Below, piece after piece: positions 9,101 to 18,879 of a stretch of DNA of 64,000 nt. The stretch's first letter is position 1; the number at the start of each line of letters is the position of its first letter. The notes beneath the pieces are model-generated. The model saw only the letters and a program-made list of their open reading frames with translations, was not told where the DNA came from and did not search any database. A program made the position numbers and the translations under genes. The DNA comes from Candidatus Eiseniibacteriota bacterium (GTDB taxonomy: Bacteria; Eisenbacteria; RBG-16-71-46), in NCBI GenBank assembly GCA_963717505.1, contig OY970342.1:1280001-1344000 (forward strand), read 5' to 3'.

Positions 9101-10710
9101 CATTGCCGCCGGGTGCCCCAGGGTCCGCGGATCGCGAACGTGATCCCCGGGTTCTGAATGTTCACGAACAGGGTCTCGCCATCCGGCGAGAAGCAGACGC
9201 CGGCCAGCTCGGAGCGGTTGATCGCGTTGCGCGCGAGCACGTAAAGCCCTCCGCGCGGCGTCAGGCCGACCAGGCGGTCGTCGTCGCAGCCGTCTTCCGC
9301 CGCGATCACGTCGCCGTGTGGCGCGTTGCACAGGTTGTCGGGACCATCGAGCAGCGATCGATCATTGGGCTCGACCACCAGCGTCAGCTCGTTCTTGACC
9401 ACGTCGAGCTTCCACACCTGTCCCGCGCGGGCCGGGCCGCCATTGGTGCAGCACAGGAAGACGGCGCGCTTGGTGTCGTCGAAGCTCATGCCCTCGCCGC
9501 GCGCGAACTGCGCGGCCCCCAGCCGATGACCCTGAGCGCGCGTGGAAGTCGGCGCCGTGCGCTCGATCAATTCCTTGCGCTCGACGCCATGCTCGGCCGA
9601 TCCGGCCGCGGCCGGGTTGCGCAACGGATCATCCGGGTCGCGTTCCATGTCCATGTCCGGATCGATGTCGGGAATCCGCACCCAGGCGATCTTGAACGGC
9701 TTGCCGATCGGCACTTGTTCGGCTTCGGGAGTCGGACTGAAGGGCGCGGTCGCGGCGATCGCGCGCGTCTGGCACTCGAGCGCCGAGGGTACTTCGCCCG
9801 ACCAGTTCTGCGTGCGCGCCGAAGGGCGCTCGATGATGCGCAGCGCCTCGAGCACGCCGCCCTTGCCCAGGTCGCCGGCCGCCAGCTCGAGGGGCGCTTT
9901 CATCCCGGCCGAGACGACGTCCGGCCGGAAGCGATAGAGGAGGCCGTCCTCGCGATCCTCGCTCAGGTAGACGTAGCCGGATTTGGGATCAACGCACAGC
10001 GCCTCATGATAGAAGCGCCCCATGGCCACGATCGGCACCGGCTCGACCAGTTCCCGGGCGCGCGCGTCTACCTCGAACACGTAGCCGTGGCGGCGCTCGG
10101 CGAGCGGGGTGCGGTCATGGTTCACCGGATCCGCGGGCCCCGGCAGGTAGGTGCACTCCTCGGCGCTGAGCCAGCTGTCCCACGGGGTGGCGCCGCCAGC
10201 GCAGTTGCGGAACGTGCCGGAAAGGCTCGCGAACGAGTTCACCAGATAGTCGTCCTCGTCAATCCACAACGTCGTCGTCCCGCCGGTGCCGAGCGGGTCG
10301 TAGGGCCGCACGCGACCGGGATCGACGCGCTCGGTCATACCGATGTCGATCTCGTGGTTGCGCACCAGCGCGGTCAGGCCGCGCTGGATGCGAAACGCGG
10401 CCATGCCGTCGTGGAGCGGGGGCACCGGGTCCCCGTTCGTCAGCTTCATGCTGAATCGTTCGTGCTGGGGAGCGCCGTACATCGCGGTCGAGAACGCGCG
10501 ATACGAGAACCCGGCGGGCAGATCGAGCAATTGCTTGGGATCGGGGACCAGCGGACCGTAGCCGCGCACTGCCTGCGTGGCGCCATGGGCCATGCGCGCC
10601 AGGACGACATCGAGGCTCGCCGGCGCCAGCGCCGCCGCACCCGCCGCGGCCGAGAGTCCGAGGAACCGGCGCCGGTCGAGCCGCCGGCGCCGCGACCGCT
10701 CGGGGCTCAC
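9100..10710 (-). CDS. PhoX/DUF839-family Tat-exported alkaline phosphatase
   Basis: Tat signal 'DRRRFLG', 'HDGMAAF', 'VRNHE', 'NCAGG.TPW..WLSAEE', 'GRFYHEA', 'GPDN', 'SELAG..FSPDG'; GTG overlaps upstream TGA. Confidence 0.9.
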   Translation of the reverse strand: MSPERSRRRRLDRRRFLGLSAAAGAAALAPASLDVVLARMAHGATQAVRGYGPLVPDPKQLLDLPAGFSYRAFSTAMYGAPQHERFSMKLTNGDPVPPLHDGMAAFRIQRGLTALVRNHEIDIGMTERVDPGRVRPYDPLGTGGTTTLWIDEDDYLVNSFASLSGTFRNCAGGATPWDSWLSAEECTYLPGPADPVNHDRTPLAERRHGYVFEVDARARELVEPVPIVAMGRFYHEALCVDPKSGYVYLSEDREDGLLYRFRPDVVSAGMKAPLELAAGDLGKGGVLEALRIIERPSARTQNWSGEVPSALECQTRAIAATAPFSPTPEAEQVPIGKPFKIAWVRIPDIDPDMDMERDPDDPLRNPAAAGSAEHGVERKELIERTAPTSTRAQGHRLGAAQFARGEGMSFDDTKRAVFLCCTNGGPARAGQVWKLDVVKNELTLVVEPNDRSLLDGPDNLCNAPHGDVIAAEDGCDDDRLVGLTPRGGLYVLARNAINRSELAGVCFSPDGETLFVNIQNPGITFAIRGPWGTRRQ

Positions 10711-11711
10711 CGCCAGCGCAGGGACGGTGACAGGTCGTCGCCGGTGCTCGATTGCTCGAAGCCCTGGCCGACGACCGCAGTCGTCCGGTTGTAGTTCCAC
10801 ACGTCGAGCTTGCCGACGCCGTCGGAGCGCGCGGACTGATACGAGATCACGTCGCCATTCAGGCTGATGCTCGGCCGGCGATCTTCGGCATCGGTGCTGG
10901 GCAGATCGAGGCGGGTGAGCGACGAGTCCGAGAAATCGAACAGGTAGAGATCGAGATCTCCCTCGCCACCCGCGCGATCCGAGGCGAAGCACAGGAATCG
11001 CCCGTTGCCCGACAGCGACGGGTCGAGGTCGCGATCCGGAGAGATCAGGTCGGGCAGGTCGAGCAGCCCGAGACCCCGCCGCCAGACCAGCACGTCGGGG
11101 TTGCCATTGCGATCGGAGACAAACGCGATGGTGGTCGCGTCGTGACTGGGCGTGGGCGACATGTCGTTGAAGGCGGCCGTGGTGTCGAGCCCGGGCAGGG
11201 CCAACAGCGTGTCAGGTACGCCGTCCATCAACCGGATCCGCCGGAAGCCGCCGACCTGTTGGACGAAGGCCAGCTTGAGCAGGTCGCCGGAGAACTCGGG
11301 CTCGGTTTCGTCGTTCGCGGTGTTGACCCCGGGCAGCGCGACCAGTCCTGGAGGATTTGGTGCGCGATCGTAGAGCAGGATGTCGATGCCGGTTCCCCCG
11401 CCTCGAGCGCTCTCGAATGCGATCAGCCGCCCATTGCTCGAGATCGTCGGATTCAGGTCGGGGGCCGTGACGCTGTTCAGGTTGGGCACCGAGCGAAATC
11501 CGAGCTGATCCAGGTCGTACAGGTAGATGTCGAACTGACCCGGAATCTGGTTGCGGTCGCTCGAATAGACGACCAGGTGCTCGCCGCTCGAGTCTCCACC
11601 CGACGATGAAGTCGTGGCGTCGCACCCCGCGAGGGCAATCAAGGCGCACGCCAGCAGCCAGCCCGGCCGGGCGTTCTCCTGGGTCCCTGGCAAGCTCAGC
11701 CCTCCAGTCAT
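10707..11711 (-). CDS. TolB-like PD40 beta-propeller lipoprotein
   Basis: Lipobox 'LAGC'; repeated 'P.IS.NG..IAF.S.R.G..DIYLYD' blades. Confidence 0.85.
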   Translation of the reverse strand: MTGGLSLPGTQENARPGWLLACALIALAGCDATTSSSGGDSSGEHLVVYSSDRNQIPGQFDIYLYDLDQLGFRSVPNLNSVTAPDLNPTISSNGRLIAFESARGGGTGIDILLYDRAPNPPGLVALPGVNTANDETEPEFSGDLLKLAFVQQVGGFRRIRLMDGVPDTLLALPGLDTTAAFNDMSPTPSHDATTIAFVSDRNGNPDVLVWRRGLGLLDLPDLISPDRDLDPSLSGNGRFLCFASDRAGGEGDLDLYLFDFSDSSLTRLDLPSTDAEDRRPSISLNGDVISYQSARSDGVGKLDVWNYNRTTAVVGQGFEQSSTGDDLSPSLRWR

Positions 11712-11845
11712 CGCGGCGGGGTTCGGTCCTAGGTAGTTCTACGTATGGCCGGGGAAGGAAGAGGACCCTAGCAGACGCTCGCGGCTGTCGCTATTCTTGT
11801 CCCGGAAACATCCGCCATTTCCCAACACGGAGGTAAGAGTCCCCC

Positions 11846-14497
11846 ATGAACCCGACTGCTCGGGCCTTGCTCGCACTTGGCCTGCTCGGGGCCGCGATCA
11901 CCAATTCGTCCGCTGCGTCCGTGCCGTCCGTGCCCGGACGCAATCTCGAACTCAAGGCGCAATTCAACGACTTTCCCAATCCGGGGGGGCCTTACGGCGG
12001 CACCGGATACGCGTCGTGCTGGGGTTACATGCACGGCGATGGCCGCGAGTACGCGATCATCGGCTGCAACCAAGGCACGGCGATCTACAACGTCACCAAC
12101 CCCGACAACGCCTATTTCGTGGCCATGATTCCGGGACCGCCGTCGCTGTGGCGGGAGATGAAGTCGTACCGCAACTGGATCTACTCGGTGACCGAAGGGG
12201 CCGGCGGCACCATGCAGCCGCTGCCCGGGGTACAGATCATCCGCATGACCGATCCCGAACACCCGGTGTTGGTCGGCACGTTCTCCACAGGATTCAGCCG
12301 GTCGCACACGGTGTCGGTCGACACCACCCGTGCGCTCCTCTACTGCAGCGGCACCCATGCCTCGAACGGCAACAACACCGCGCTGCGCATCCTCTCGCTG
12401 GCCAATCCCGAGGCTCCGACGCTGGTCACCTCATGGCCGGGCGTCAACACCAACAACACGTTCTACGTGCACGACTGTGTGCCGGTCGGAACCCGGCTCT
12501 ACGCCTCGTCGATCTACGTCGGCGTCCAGCGCGTGCTCGACGTCACGAACCCGGCCGCACCCGTCGAGTTGGCGTCGTGGACCTATCCCGGGGCGTATCT
12601 GACCCACAACGCGTGGCCGGACGCCACCGGCAGCTATATCTACGTCACCGACGAACAGAACGGGCAGCCGCTGCGCGTGTTCAACATCAGCAACCTGGCG
12701 TCGCCGACCCTGGTCGGTGAATGGACGCCGAACCCGCAGGCGATCGTCCACAACGCGCACGTGAACGGCAACGAGCTGTGGCTCGCCAACTACACCGAAG
12801 GCATTCGCGTGCTCGACATCACCGATCCGGCGCACCCTGCCGAGTACGGCTGGAGCGACACCTACGCCGGCCCCTCCGGCGGCTATTCCGGTGTGTGGGG
12901 CGTCTATCCCTACTTCCCGTCGGGCACCGTGATCGCCAGCGACATGCAGACCGGACTCTACGTGTACCGGCCGCAGCGCAACTACGGACGCGTGCGGGTC
13001 GAGATCACCGAAACCCACCCGTCGCGCTACGGCGGCTCGCATGGCAACCACGTCATGGGCGTCGATGGCGCCACCGTCTACCTGACCAGCCAGGGTGACT
13101 CGATCCGGACCACCGCCGAGGGCGTGGCCCAGTTCGCGCCCAACGTGGGCAGCCACACGGTGCTCGTCAAGAAATTCGGCTACTTCGACGCCAGCGCGAT
13201 CGTCGAGGTCGCGCAGGGCAGCTCGCAGACCGTGGTGCTCAACCTGATTCCGCGCTCCGCGGCCAATCTGTCGGGCGTGATCCGCAACGACGTGAACAGC
13301 GCGCCGCTGGAGGGAGCGGAAGTGAACCTGCGCTGGACGCCGATCCACCAGCACACCAATCCCGCCGGCCAGTACACGCTCCTCAGCGTTCCCGACGACG
13401 AATACCGCCTCGACGTGCGGCGTCCCGGGTTCATCCCCGGATCGTTCGTGCGCCGCATCGGGCCCGGGTTCGACGGCACGCAGAACTTCGAACTGACACC
13501 TGCCGCAGTCTGGGACCCGCTCAACACCGGAGCGGGCTGGACGGTCGGGGCTGCCGGCGATGAGGCGACTTCCGGTCAGTGGGTTCGAGTCGAACCGTTC
13601 GGCACCGGTGTCAGCGCGCCGATGCCCTATGACACGACCAACGGGACTGCGATCGGTTGGTCGCACGCGTCCCGTGCCGCGTCGGCCGCGTTGCGCGGAG
13701 TGAGCAAGCCCGGCCCAGGCCTGCTCCATGAAGGCCACGAGGCCGAAGGCGCAACCCCCGGCCAGGTGCAGCCGGAGACCGACCGCAGCCCCGATCCCGA
13801 CAGCCTGTGCTTCGTGACCGGAGATCAGCCGGGCAACACCGCGATCGACGCGGCCGATCTCGACGCGGGCAGGACGACACTGACGTCGCCCGCGTACAAC
13901 ACGATCAACATGTCGATCCCGACGATCGGTGTCTGGGTCTGGTTCTACAGCCAGTTCCGCGCCGACGATGATTGGCTCGAGATCTCGATCAGCGGCGACA
14001 ACGGTGTGAGCTGGGTGCCGGTGGAAACGCTGCGCGGCATCCACAACCACTGGGAAGAGGTCGCGATTCCGGTGGCGAACTACGTCACGCCGACTTCCCA
14101 GGTGCGCGTGCGCTTCGTCGCCGCCGACCTCGGCGCCGGCTCGGTGGTCGAGGCCGCGATCGACGACATCTCGATCTACGACGCCGCGACCGGCTCGCTC
14201 GGAGTTCCGGGTGAAGGCGAACGCGGACTGGAGTTTCGCGCGCCGTGGCCCAACCCGGCGACGGATGCCGTGCATCTCTCGCTCGGGCTGCCCGGGCGTG
14301 GGCAGGCCGACGTCGAGATCGTCGATGTGACGGGACGTCGCGTGCGGTCGCTGTTCCAGGGCTCGGCGACCGGAGTTCTCGCTCTGCGCTGGGATGGCAC
14401 CGACGATGCCGGGAGCCCGATGCCAGCCGGGGTCTACTTCGCGCGAGCGCGCACCGAGTTCGGTAGCGCGGTCGTCCGGTTCGCGCGCGTGCGCTAG
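11846..14497 (+). CDS. Secreted choice-of-anchor B / LVIVD-repeat protein with carboxypeptidase-regulatory-like domains and FlgD/T9SS-type CTD
   Basis: Signal peptide, 'CWGY..DGREYAIIG', 'WREMK', 'HNAW', 'WGVYPYFPSG..IASD', CTD 'PNP...DVTGRRVRSL...WDG.D..G..PAGVYF'. Confidence 0.88.
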   Translation: MNPTARALLALGLLGAAITNSSAASVPSVPGRNLELKAQFNDFPNPGGPYGGTGYASCWGYMHGDGREYAIIGCNQGTAIYNVTNPDNAYFVAMIPGPPSLWREMKSYRNWIYSVTEGAGGTMQPLPGVQIIRMTDPEHPVLVGTFSTGFSRSHTVSVDTTRALLYCSGTHASNGNNTALRILSLANPEAPTLVTSWPGVNTNNTFYVHDCVPVGTRLYASSIYVGVQRVLDVTNPAAPVELASWTYPGAYLTHNAWPDATGSYIYVTDEQNGQPLRVFNISNLASPTLVGEWTPNPQAIVHNAHVNGNELWLANYTEGIRVLDITDPAHPAEYGWSDTYAGPSGGYSGVWGVYPYFPSGTVIASDMQTGLYVYRPQRNYGRVRVEITETHPSRYGGSHGNHVMGVDGATVYLTSQGDSIRTTAEGVAQFAPNVGSHTVLVKKFGYFDASAIVEVAQGSSQTVVLNLIPRSAANLSGVIRNDVNSAPLEGAEVNLRWTPIHQHTNPAGQYTLLSVPDDEYRLDVRRPGFIPGSFVRRIGPGFDGTQNFELTPAAVWDPLNTGAGWTVGAAGDEATSGQWVRVEPFGTGVSAPMPYDTTNGTAIGWSHASRAASAALRGVSKPGPGLLHEGHEAEGATPGQVQPETDRSPDPDSLCFVTGDQPGNTAIDAADLDAGRTTLTSPAYNTINMSIPTIGVWVWFYSQFRADDDWLEISISGDNGVSWVPVETLRGIHNHWEEVAIPVANYVTPTSQVRVRFVAADLGAGSVVEAAIDDISIYDAATGSLGVPGEGERGLEFRAPWPNPATDAVHLSLGLPGRGQADVEIVDVTGRRVRSLFQGSATGVLALRWDGTDDAGSPMPAGVYFARARTEFGSAVVRFARVR

Positions 14498-14524
14498 AAC
14501 GGACGAAACAAACGAGGTAGCGCC

Positions 14525-15535
14525 TCAGGGGCGTGGCGCCTGAGCCGTCTTGATTGCGGCTGCCAGCGTGGCGACCCGCGCCTGCAATGCGGCGTCCTGC
14601 GTGCGCACCGACTGGTACCCGAGCACCATGAGCGCATTGCGCCAAAGCTCGGCCTGGTCGGCGGTGAGCGCCCGTTTGGGCGGCGCCGGCAGGTTCTTCG
14701 CGAGCCAATCCGATCCGCGCCGGGTGGCGTCTTCGAGGGTCGGCATCGGGAAGAACGTGACCAGCTCCAGCAGGCCGACCATGGCACGCGCATGTTCGGC
14801 AACCGCCTGCCGCCCGGCGACGAACGCTCCGTCGGGCTTCTGCGCGCCGAGCGCTTCGACCATGGCGCGCTGCCCGAGTGCCGCGAAACGCGGCTCGTGA
14901 AAGGTGCCGTCTGCGAGTAGGAAGACCATGGCGTCGATCATCAGCAAGTCGGGTCGCGCCGCGTGGAGGCCGAGCAACTCGTCGCCGGCGCCGACCACCC
15001 AGTCCACCGAACGCCGGAGTTTGGGCAGCAGCAACGCCACCCGCCAGCGGAATCGCTGCTGGAGCGGACTGTTGGTGACCACGATCTCGGCGCGGCAGAG
15101 TTGCCCGATCCACCACGCGTTGCGCGTCAGATGCTCGGAGCGATCGGCGCTCACCGGCTCGAAGTCGCCGGCCGGCCGCTGGTAGGGCATCGCGGCCTCG
15201 ATCACGTTCCACGCCCGCTCGGCCGCCGCGGAGTCCGCCCGCACGCAAGCGTCCATGAACGCGATCAGCCCTGGAGCTTGCTGGTCGACGTGAACCCACG
15301 CGCCGCTCCGGTTGGGAGCGACGTGACCGCCGGTGTCGGGCGCCACCGCGGCGCACGCAATCACTCCGGGGGGCAGCTTCTTGAGCAGCACGACTTCGGC
15401 CCCCGAGACGATGTGCGCCGCAGCCGAGCCCGAGATCAACGCCAGAAGAAGGAGGGCCGAGCACGCCGCGCGGCAAACGCGCGCCGACCCGCCTGGCGCT
15501 GAAGGGAAGCGTGGGTCGACCGATGGGCGAGGCAT
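14525..15535 (-). CDS. Hypothetical secreted, probably alpha-helical protein
   Basis: Signal-like 'ALLLLALISGSAAA'; ATG overlaps upstream stop. Confidence 0.65.
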   Translation of the reverse strand: MPRPSVDPRFPSAPGGSARVCRAACSALLLLALISGSAAAHIVSGAEVVLLKKLPPGVIACAAVAPDTGGHVAPNRSGAWVHVDQQAPGLIAFMDACVRADSAAAERAWNVIEAAMPYQRPAGDFEPVSADRSEHLTRNAWWIGQLCRAEIVVTNSPLQQRFRWRVALLLPKLRRSVDWVVGAGDELLGLHAARPDLLMIDAMVFLLADGTFHEPRFAALGQRAMVEALGAQKPDGAFVAGRQAVAEHARAMVGLLELVTFFPMPTLEDATRRGSDWLAKNLPAPPKRALTADQAELWRNALMVLGYQSVRTQDAALQARVATLAAAIKTAQAPRP

Positions 15536-15894
15536 CAATGCCGGACCAGGCCCAGATATCCTGGTCCAGCGCGGCGCACGGCGCCGGTCAGCGCGCTGTC
15601 GGCGACCGATCCATCCGCGACGACGATGGCGACTCGATCGTCGAGTTTGACGCTCGCCGAATGCACTCCTGCGACACGAGCCAGCGACGCTTGAACCTTG
15701 TCGGCACAGTCCTGGCAGATCATGCCGCCGACCTCGAGGGTCACCGACCGCTCGACTCCGGGTCCGGGGGCGACCAGCGTCGATTCGTTGGCCACGCGTG
15801 CTGCCGCCATCGGGTCCACGCGGTCGGTTTGGCCGCATGAGGCCACGCCAACGATCGTGGCGCCTACGAAGAACACCGTCGTAATGTGTCTCAT
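15535..15894 (-). CDS. Heavy-metal-associated (HMA, MerP/CopZ-like) lipoprotein
   Basis: 'GMICQDC' metal motif; lipobox-like 'VASC'. Confidence 0.85.
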   Translation of the reverse strand: MRHITTVFFVGATIVGVASCGQTDRVDPMAAARVANESTLVAPGPGVERSVTLEVGGMICQDCADKVQASLARVAGVHSASVKLDDRVAIVVADGSVADSALTGAVRRAGPGYLGLVRH

Positions 15895-15956
15895 GCCACT
15901 ATCATCGGCGCTTGGTCCAACGGGTTCCAATCGGGTGTCGCGCGATCGCAGGCCCC

Positions 15957-15997
15957 TTGACAGTGAGCCGAACCTAATGGTAGTTAGTCCGCACTAA
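15957..15997 (+). promoter_or_regulatory. Sigma70-type promoter overlapped by tandem DtxR/IdeR-like boxes
   Basis: TTGACA at 15957; GACAGTGAGCCGAACCTAA (15959-15977) and GGTAGTTAGTCCGCACTAA (15979-15997) resemble TTAGGTTAGSCTAACCTAA. Confidence 0.55.
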
Positions 15998-16215
15998 TGC
16001 GCGCCACAACGAACCACGAAACCTCGACGGATTCGCATTCGTCGACCCCAGCGGGAGACGGGAAACCGTTCGGTACGGCCCCCGGCCATTCGGTCATTCG
16101 CTCGAGTTGGATTCGCCGCCTGGGTGTTGCCGGATTCCTGTTCTTCCTGATCAAGGGCCTTCTGTGGCTCGCGGCCCCCGGTCTGCTCCTGCTCTGGGGA
16201 CAACTTGGCCGCTGA
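15997..16215 (+). CDS. Small single-TM membrane protein
   Basis: 'WIRRLGVAGFLFFLIKGLLWL' hydrophobic segment; first gene after the promoter. Confidence 0.7.
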   Translation: MRATTNHETSTDSHSSTPAGDGKPFGTAPGHSVIRSSWIRRLGVAGFLFFLIKGLLWLAAPGLLLLWGQLGR

Positions 16216-16876
16216 CCGACCCGACGGCGCGCCAGGCGTGGCCGGCATCATGGATCGGCTGCGGGAGGCCACTGCCGATCTCCACGCGAAAGCCGAAGGT
16301 CATCCGTTCCAGACTTCGCTGGTGCGCGGCACCGTCGCCACCGAGGAATACGCGCGCTGGCTCGGACAGATGTTGCTGATCCACACCGCGCTCGAGGGAC
16401 GGCTCGCGGAGTTGCGGACCCAAAGGTCCGAGCTTGGCCCGATGATTCGCGACGATCTGTTCCAGGCCGATCGGCTGCGCGCCGACCTGCGGCATCATGG
16501 CATCGATCCCGAGTCGCTGCGGCCGCTGCCCGCGACTGTCGACTTCGTGGCATGGATCGACCGAACCGCGAGCGAACGACCGCTGGCGCTGCTCGGCGCA
16601 AACTATGTGCTCGAAGGCAGCAAGAACGGGAACCGATTCATCGCCAAGGCGCTGATGCGCCGTGGCGGAGAGGTGCCGTCGTCGAATGCCGGATTCCGAT
16701 ACCTCGATCCGCACGGCGAAGCTCAGCGGCCGATGTGGCAGGAGTACCGGCAGACGATGAACGCGATGCCGATCGACCCAGCCGACGCCGACGCGATGGA
16801 GGACGCCGCACGACGCACCTTCGCGGCGATCACGCGCTTGTCGGACGATCTGGTGGGCAGCGCAACGACAGGTTGA
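16205..16876 (+). CDS. Biliverdin-producing heme oxygenase
   Basis: 'LREATADLHAKAE' (proximal His), 'YVLEGSKNG' distal helix; alternative start ATG 16250. Confidence 0.9.
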   Translation: MAADRPDGAPGVAGIMDRLREATADLHAKAEGHPFQTSLVRGTVATEEYARWLGQMLLIHTALEGRLAELRTQRSELGPMIRDDLFQADRLRADLRHHGIDPESLRPLPATVDFVAWIDRTASERPLALLGANYVLEGSKNGNRFIAKALMRRGGEVPSSNAGFRYLDPHGEAQRPMWQEYRQTMNAMPIDPADADAMEDAARRTFAAITRLSDDLVGSATTG

Positions 16877-16945
16877 CCACCCCCTCGCGGAGGGGGATAC
16901 TTCCCTCGCCGAACCGCCTCTCGGCACGTATCTCCTGAGGATTCC

Positions 16946-17368
16946 GTGATCCTGCGTTCCCTCGTTCGCTTCCTGCGGACGCGAGGCGGCATTGCTGTTC
17001 AAGCGCTGGCCTTTGTCATTGCCCTCGCGGGGCAGTTCGGCTCGCATGCGCACCTTGCCCTAATCCCCCACGCGGTCTGCTCCGAGCACGGTGACCTCAC
17101 CGATTCCGAAACCGATCATGGCCATTCCGGGGGCCAAACCGCCGAGTCGGGCCAGTGGATCGGGGTCTCGCCCGATGGAGATTCGCATGCCGCGCACCAC
17201 TGCATGGTGGTGTTGTCCCGCCGGATCGAAGTCATCCTCGATACCAGCCCCAGGTTCGAGCACTCGCTGTCGCCCGGCGACCACGCCATCCCCGACGCGC
17301 CGGTGGCGTGTCACTCCTCGATCGCCATCCTGAGACTCGCCCCGAAACACTCTCCTCCCACCGCCTGA
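16946..17368 (+). CDS. His/Cys-rich small exported protein (DUF2946-like)
   Basis: N-terminal TM, 'H...H.VC.EHG', 'HHC', C-terminal 'LAPKHSPP'. Confidence 0.6.
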   Translation: MILRSLVRFLRTRGGIAVQALAFVIALAGQFGSHAHLALIPHAVCSEHGDLTDSETDHGHSGGQTAESGQWIGVSPDGDSHAAHHCMVVLSRRIEVILDTSPRFEHSLSPGDHAIPDAPVACHSSIAILRLAPKHSPPTA

Positions 17369-17685
17369 TCGCGCTCGCACGAGCGCGTCCCTCGGCGATC
17401 CGCCGAGGCTGCGCGTCCCAGCACCACTAGATCTCTTTGCACCCGATGAACCGACCGCGCGCCACGGGCATGGCTCGCGTTCGACCCGCGTTTTGGTGAT
17501 GCCGTGATCCGAGGGACGGACGAGGCGAGGCGGCCTCGGCGTCCCGCCCCGGTCCGGGGTTCGGGGGTAGTTATGGGCAGAAGGGACCCCGACCTCGGCC
17601 GGGCGGATTGCGGCTTCGGCGCAGGCCGTATTCCAAGCAGTGGCAGGCGGATGTTTCGGGGCACGCGGACCCTGGTTTCAGCTGA

Positions 17686-18879
17686 TCAGTCCTGCTTTGC
17701 GAGCCTCAACAGTTCGGGCAGGCTGAGGTCCTTCCCATACATCAGCATGCCCACGCGCAGGGCGGTTCCCGCCGCCTTGCGCATCAGCCACACGCTCGCG
17801 GCCAACAGCACCAGCCCGAGAACGATCTGCCAGGTCGCGGCCTGCCCCATGGCGACGCGCATCGGCATCAACATGGGTGAGAAGAACGGCACCAGCGACG
17901 TGACGATGGCGAAGCCGGCCTCGGGCGACGCCAGGACCGGCTCGAGGAAGAAGATGGGCAGGGCCGGGATCACGAAGAAGTTCCCCTGGAGCTTGGACGC
18001 CGACTGGAAATCCTTGAGCGTCGCCATGATCGCTGCGAATAGGGCCACGTAGAGGCCGAGTCCCAGCAGTCCGTACAGCGTACAGATCGCCGCGGTCATC
18101 GGGTTGAGCGAGCCGGGCATGGTCGGCACCAACCAGAGCAGGACCCAGATGCCGGCGAGCGCCCACACCAGTCCGTTCACCAGCCCGACCACGCTGAAGG
18201 CGAAGATCTTCCCGTCCATCCACGCCTGGGGCGAGATCGCCGACACGATGATCTCGGTCACGCGTGCCTGCTTCTCGCCGCTGATGCCGATGATCGCGTA
18301 GCTGCCGGCGATGAAGATGACGGTCATCAACAGGAGCATGAGGACCAGGGCGACGATACGGTCGATGCGCGAGGAGCGGGCCTGCGGGTCGGCGACTTCG
18401 ACCTTGACTTCGACCCCCGCCTCGAGGCGCGCGAGATCGCCGCGGTCGAGCCCGATCTCGGCCGCGCGCACGGCGCGCGCCAGCGTGTCGAATTGCTGGT
18501 CGATCGCGCGCGAGAGCCTCGGGATCTCGCGCCGCAGGATCAGCTCCGGCTGGCCCTCGGGGAACTCGGGGGGAACGAGCAGGGCGCCGTCATAGGTCTT
18601 GGCGAGCACCGCCCGGGTCAGGGCGGTGCGCTCGGCGTCGGCGCCGTGCACCTCGACCCATTGAACCGTGGCCATCGAGTCGGGTCGTGGCGCGTCGGCG
18701 TCGACCGCGATTCGATGGATGCGCTGGTCCGTGCGCCGCTCCATCCATTGGGTTCCAGCCATCACGCCGACGATCAGCGCTGGCGTGATCAGCACGGAGA
18801 CGATGAAATCGGCGCGCGACAGCGTGCGCCGCATTTCCCAGCGCGCCACCAGCCACCAGGCGTTCCGTCGTCCCGGCAT
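17686..18879 (-). CDS. ABC-2 type permease (NatB/YhaP-like)
   Basis: 'EKQARVTEIIVSAISP...GKI', 'PFFSPMLMPMR', multiple TMs. Confidence 0.9.
   Translation of the reverse strand: MPGRRNAWWLVARWEMRRTLSRADFIVSVLITPALIVGVMAGTQWMERRTDQRIHRIAVDADAPRPDSMATVQWVEVHGADAERTALTRAVLAKTYDGALLVPPEFPEGQPELILRREIPRLSRAIDQQFDTLARAVRAAEIGLDRGDLARLEAGVEVKVEVADPQARSSRIDRIVALVLMLLLMTVIFIAGSYAIIGISGEKQARVTEIIVSAISPQAWMDGKIFAFSVVGLVNGLVWALAGIWVLLWLVPTMPGSLNPMTAAICTLYGLLGLGLYVALFAAIMATLKDFQSASKLQGNFFVIPALPIFFLEPVLASPEAGFAIVTSLVPFFSPMLMPMRVAMGQAATWQIVLGLVLLAASVWLMRKAAGTALRVGMLMYGKDLSLPELLRLAKQD

Noticed and set aside
17370-17685. GC-rich hairpins between convergent genes
   Set aside because: Short stems are expected by chance at this GC content, and no recognisable motif was found
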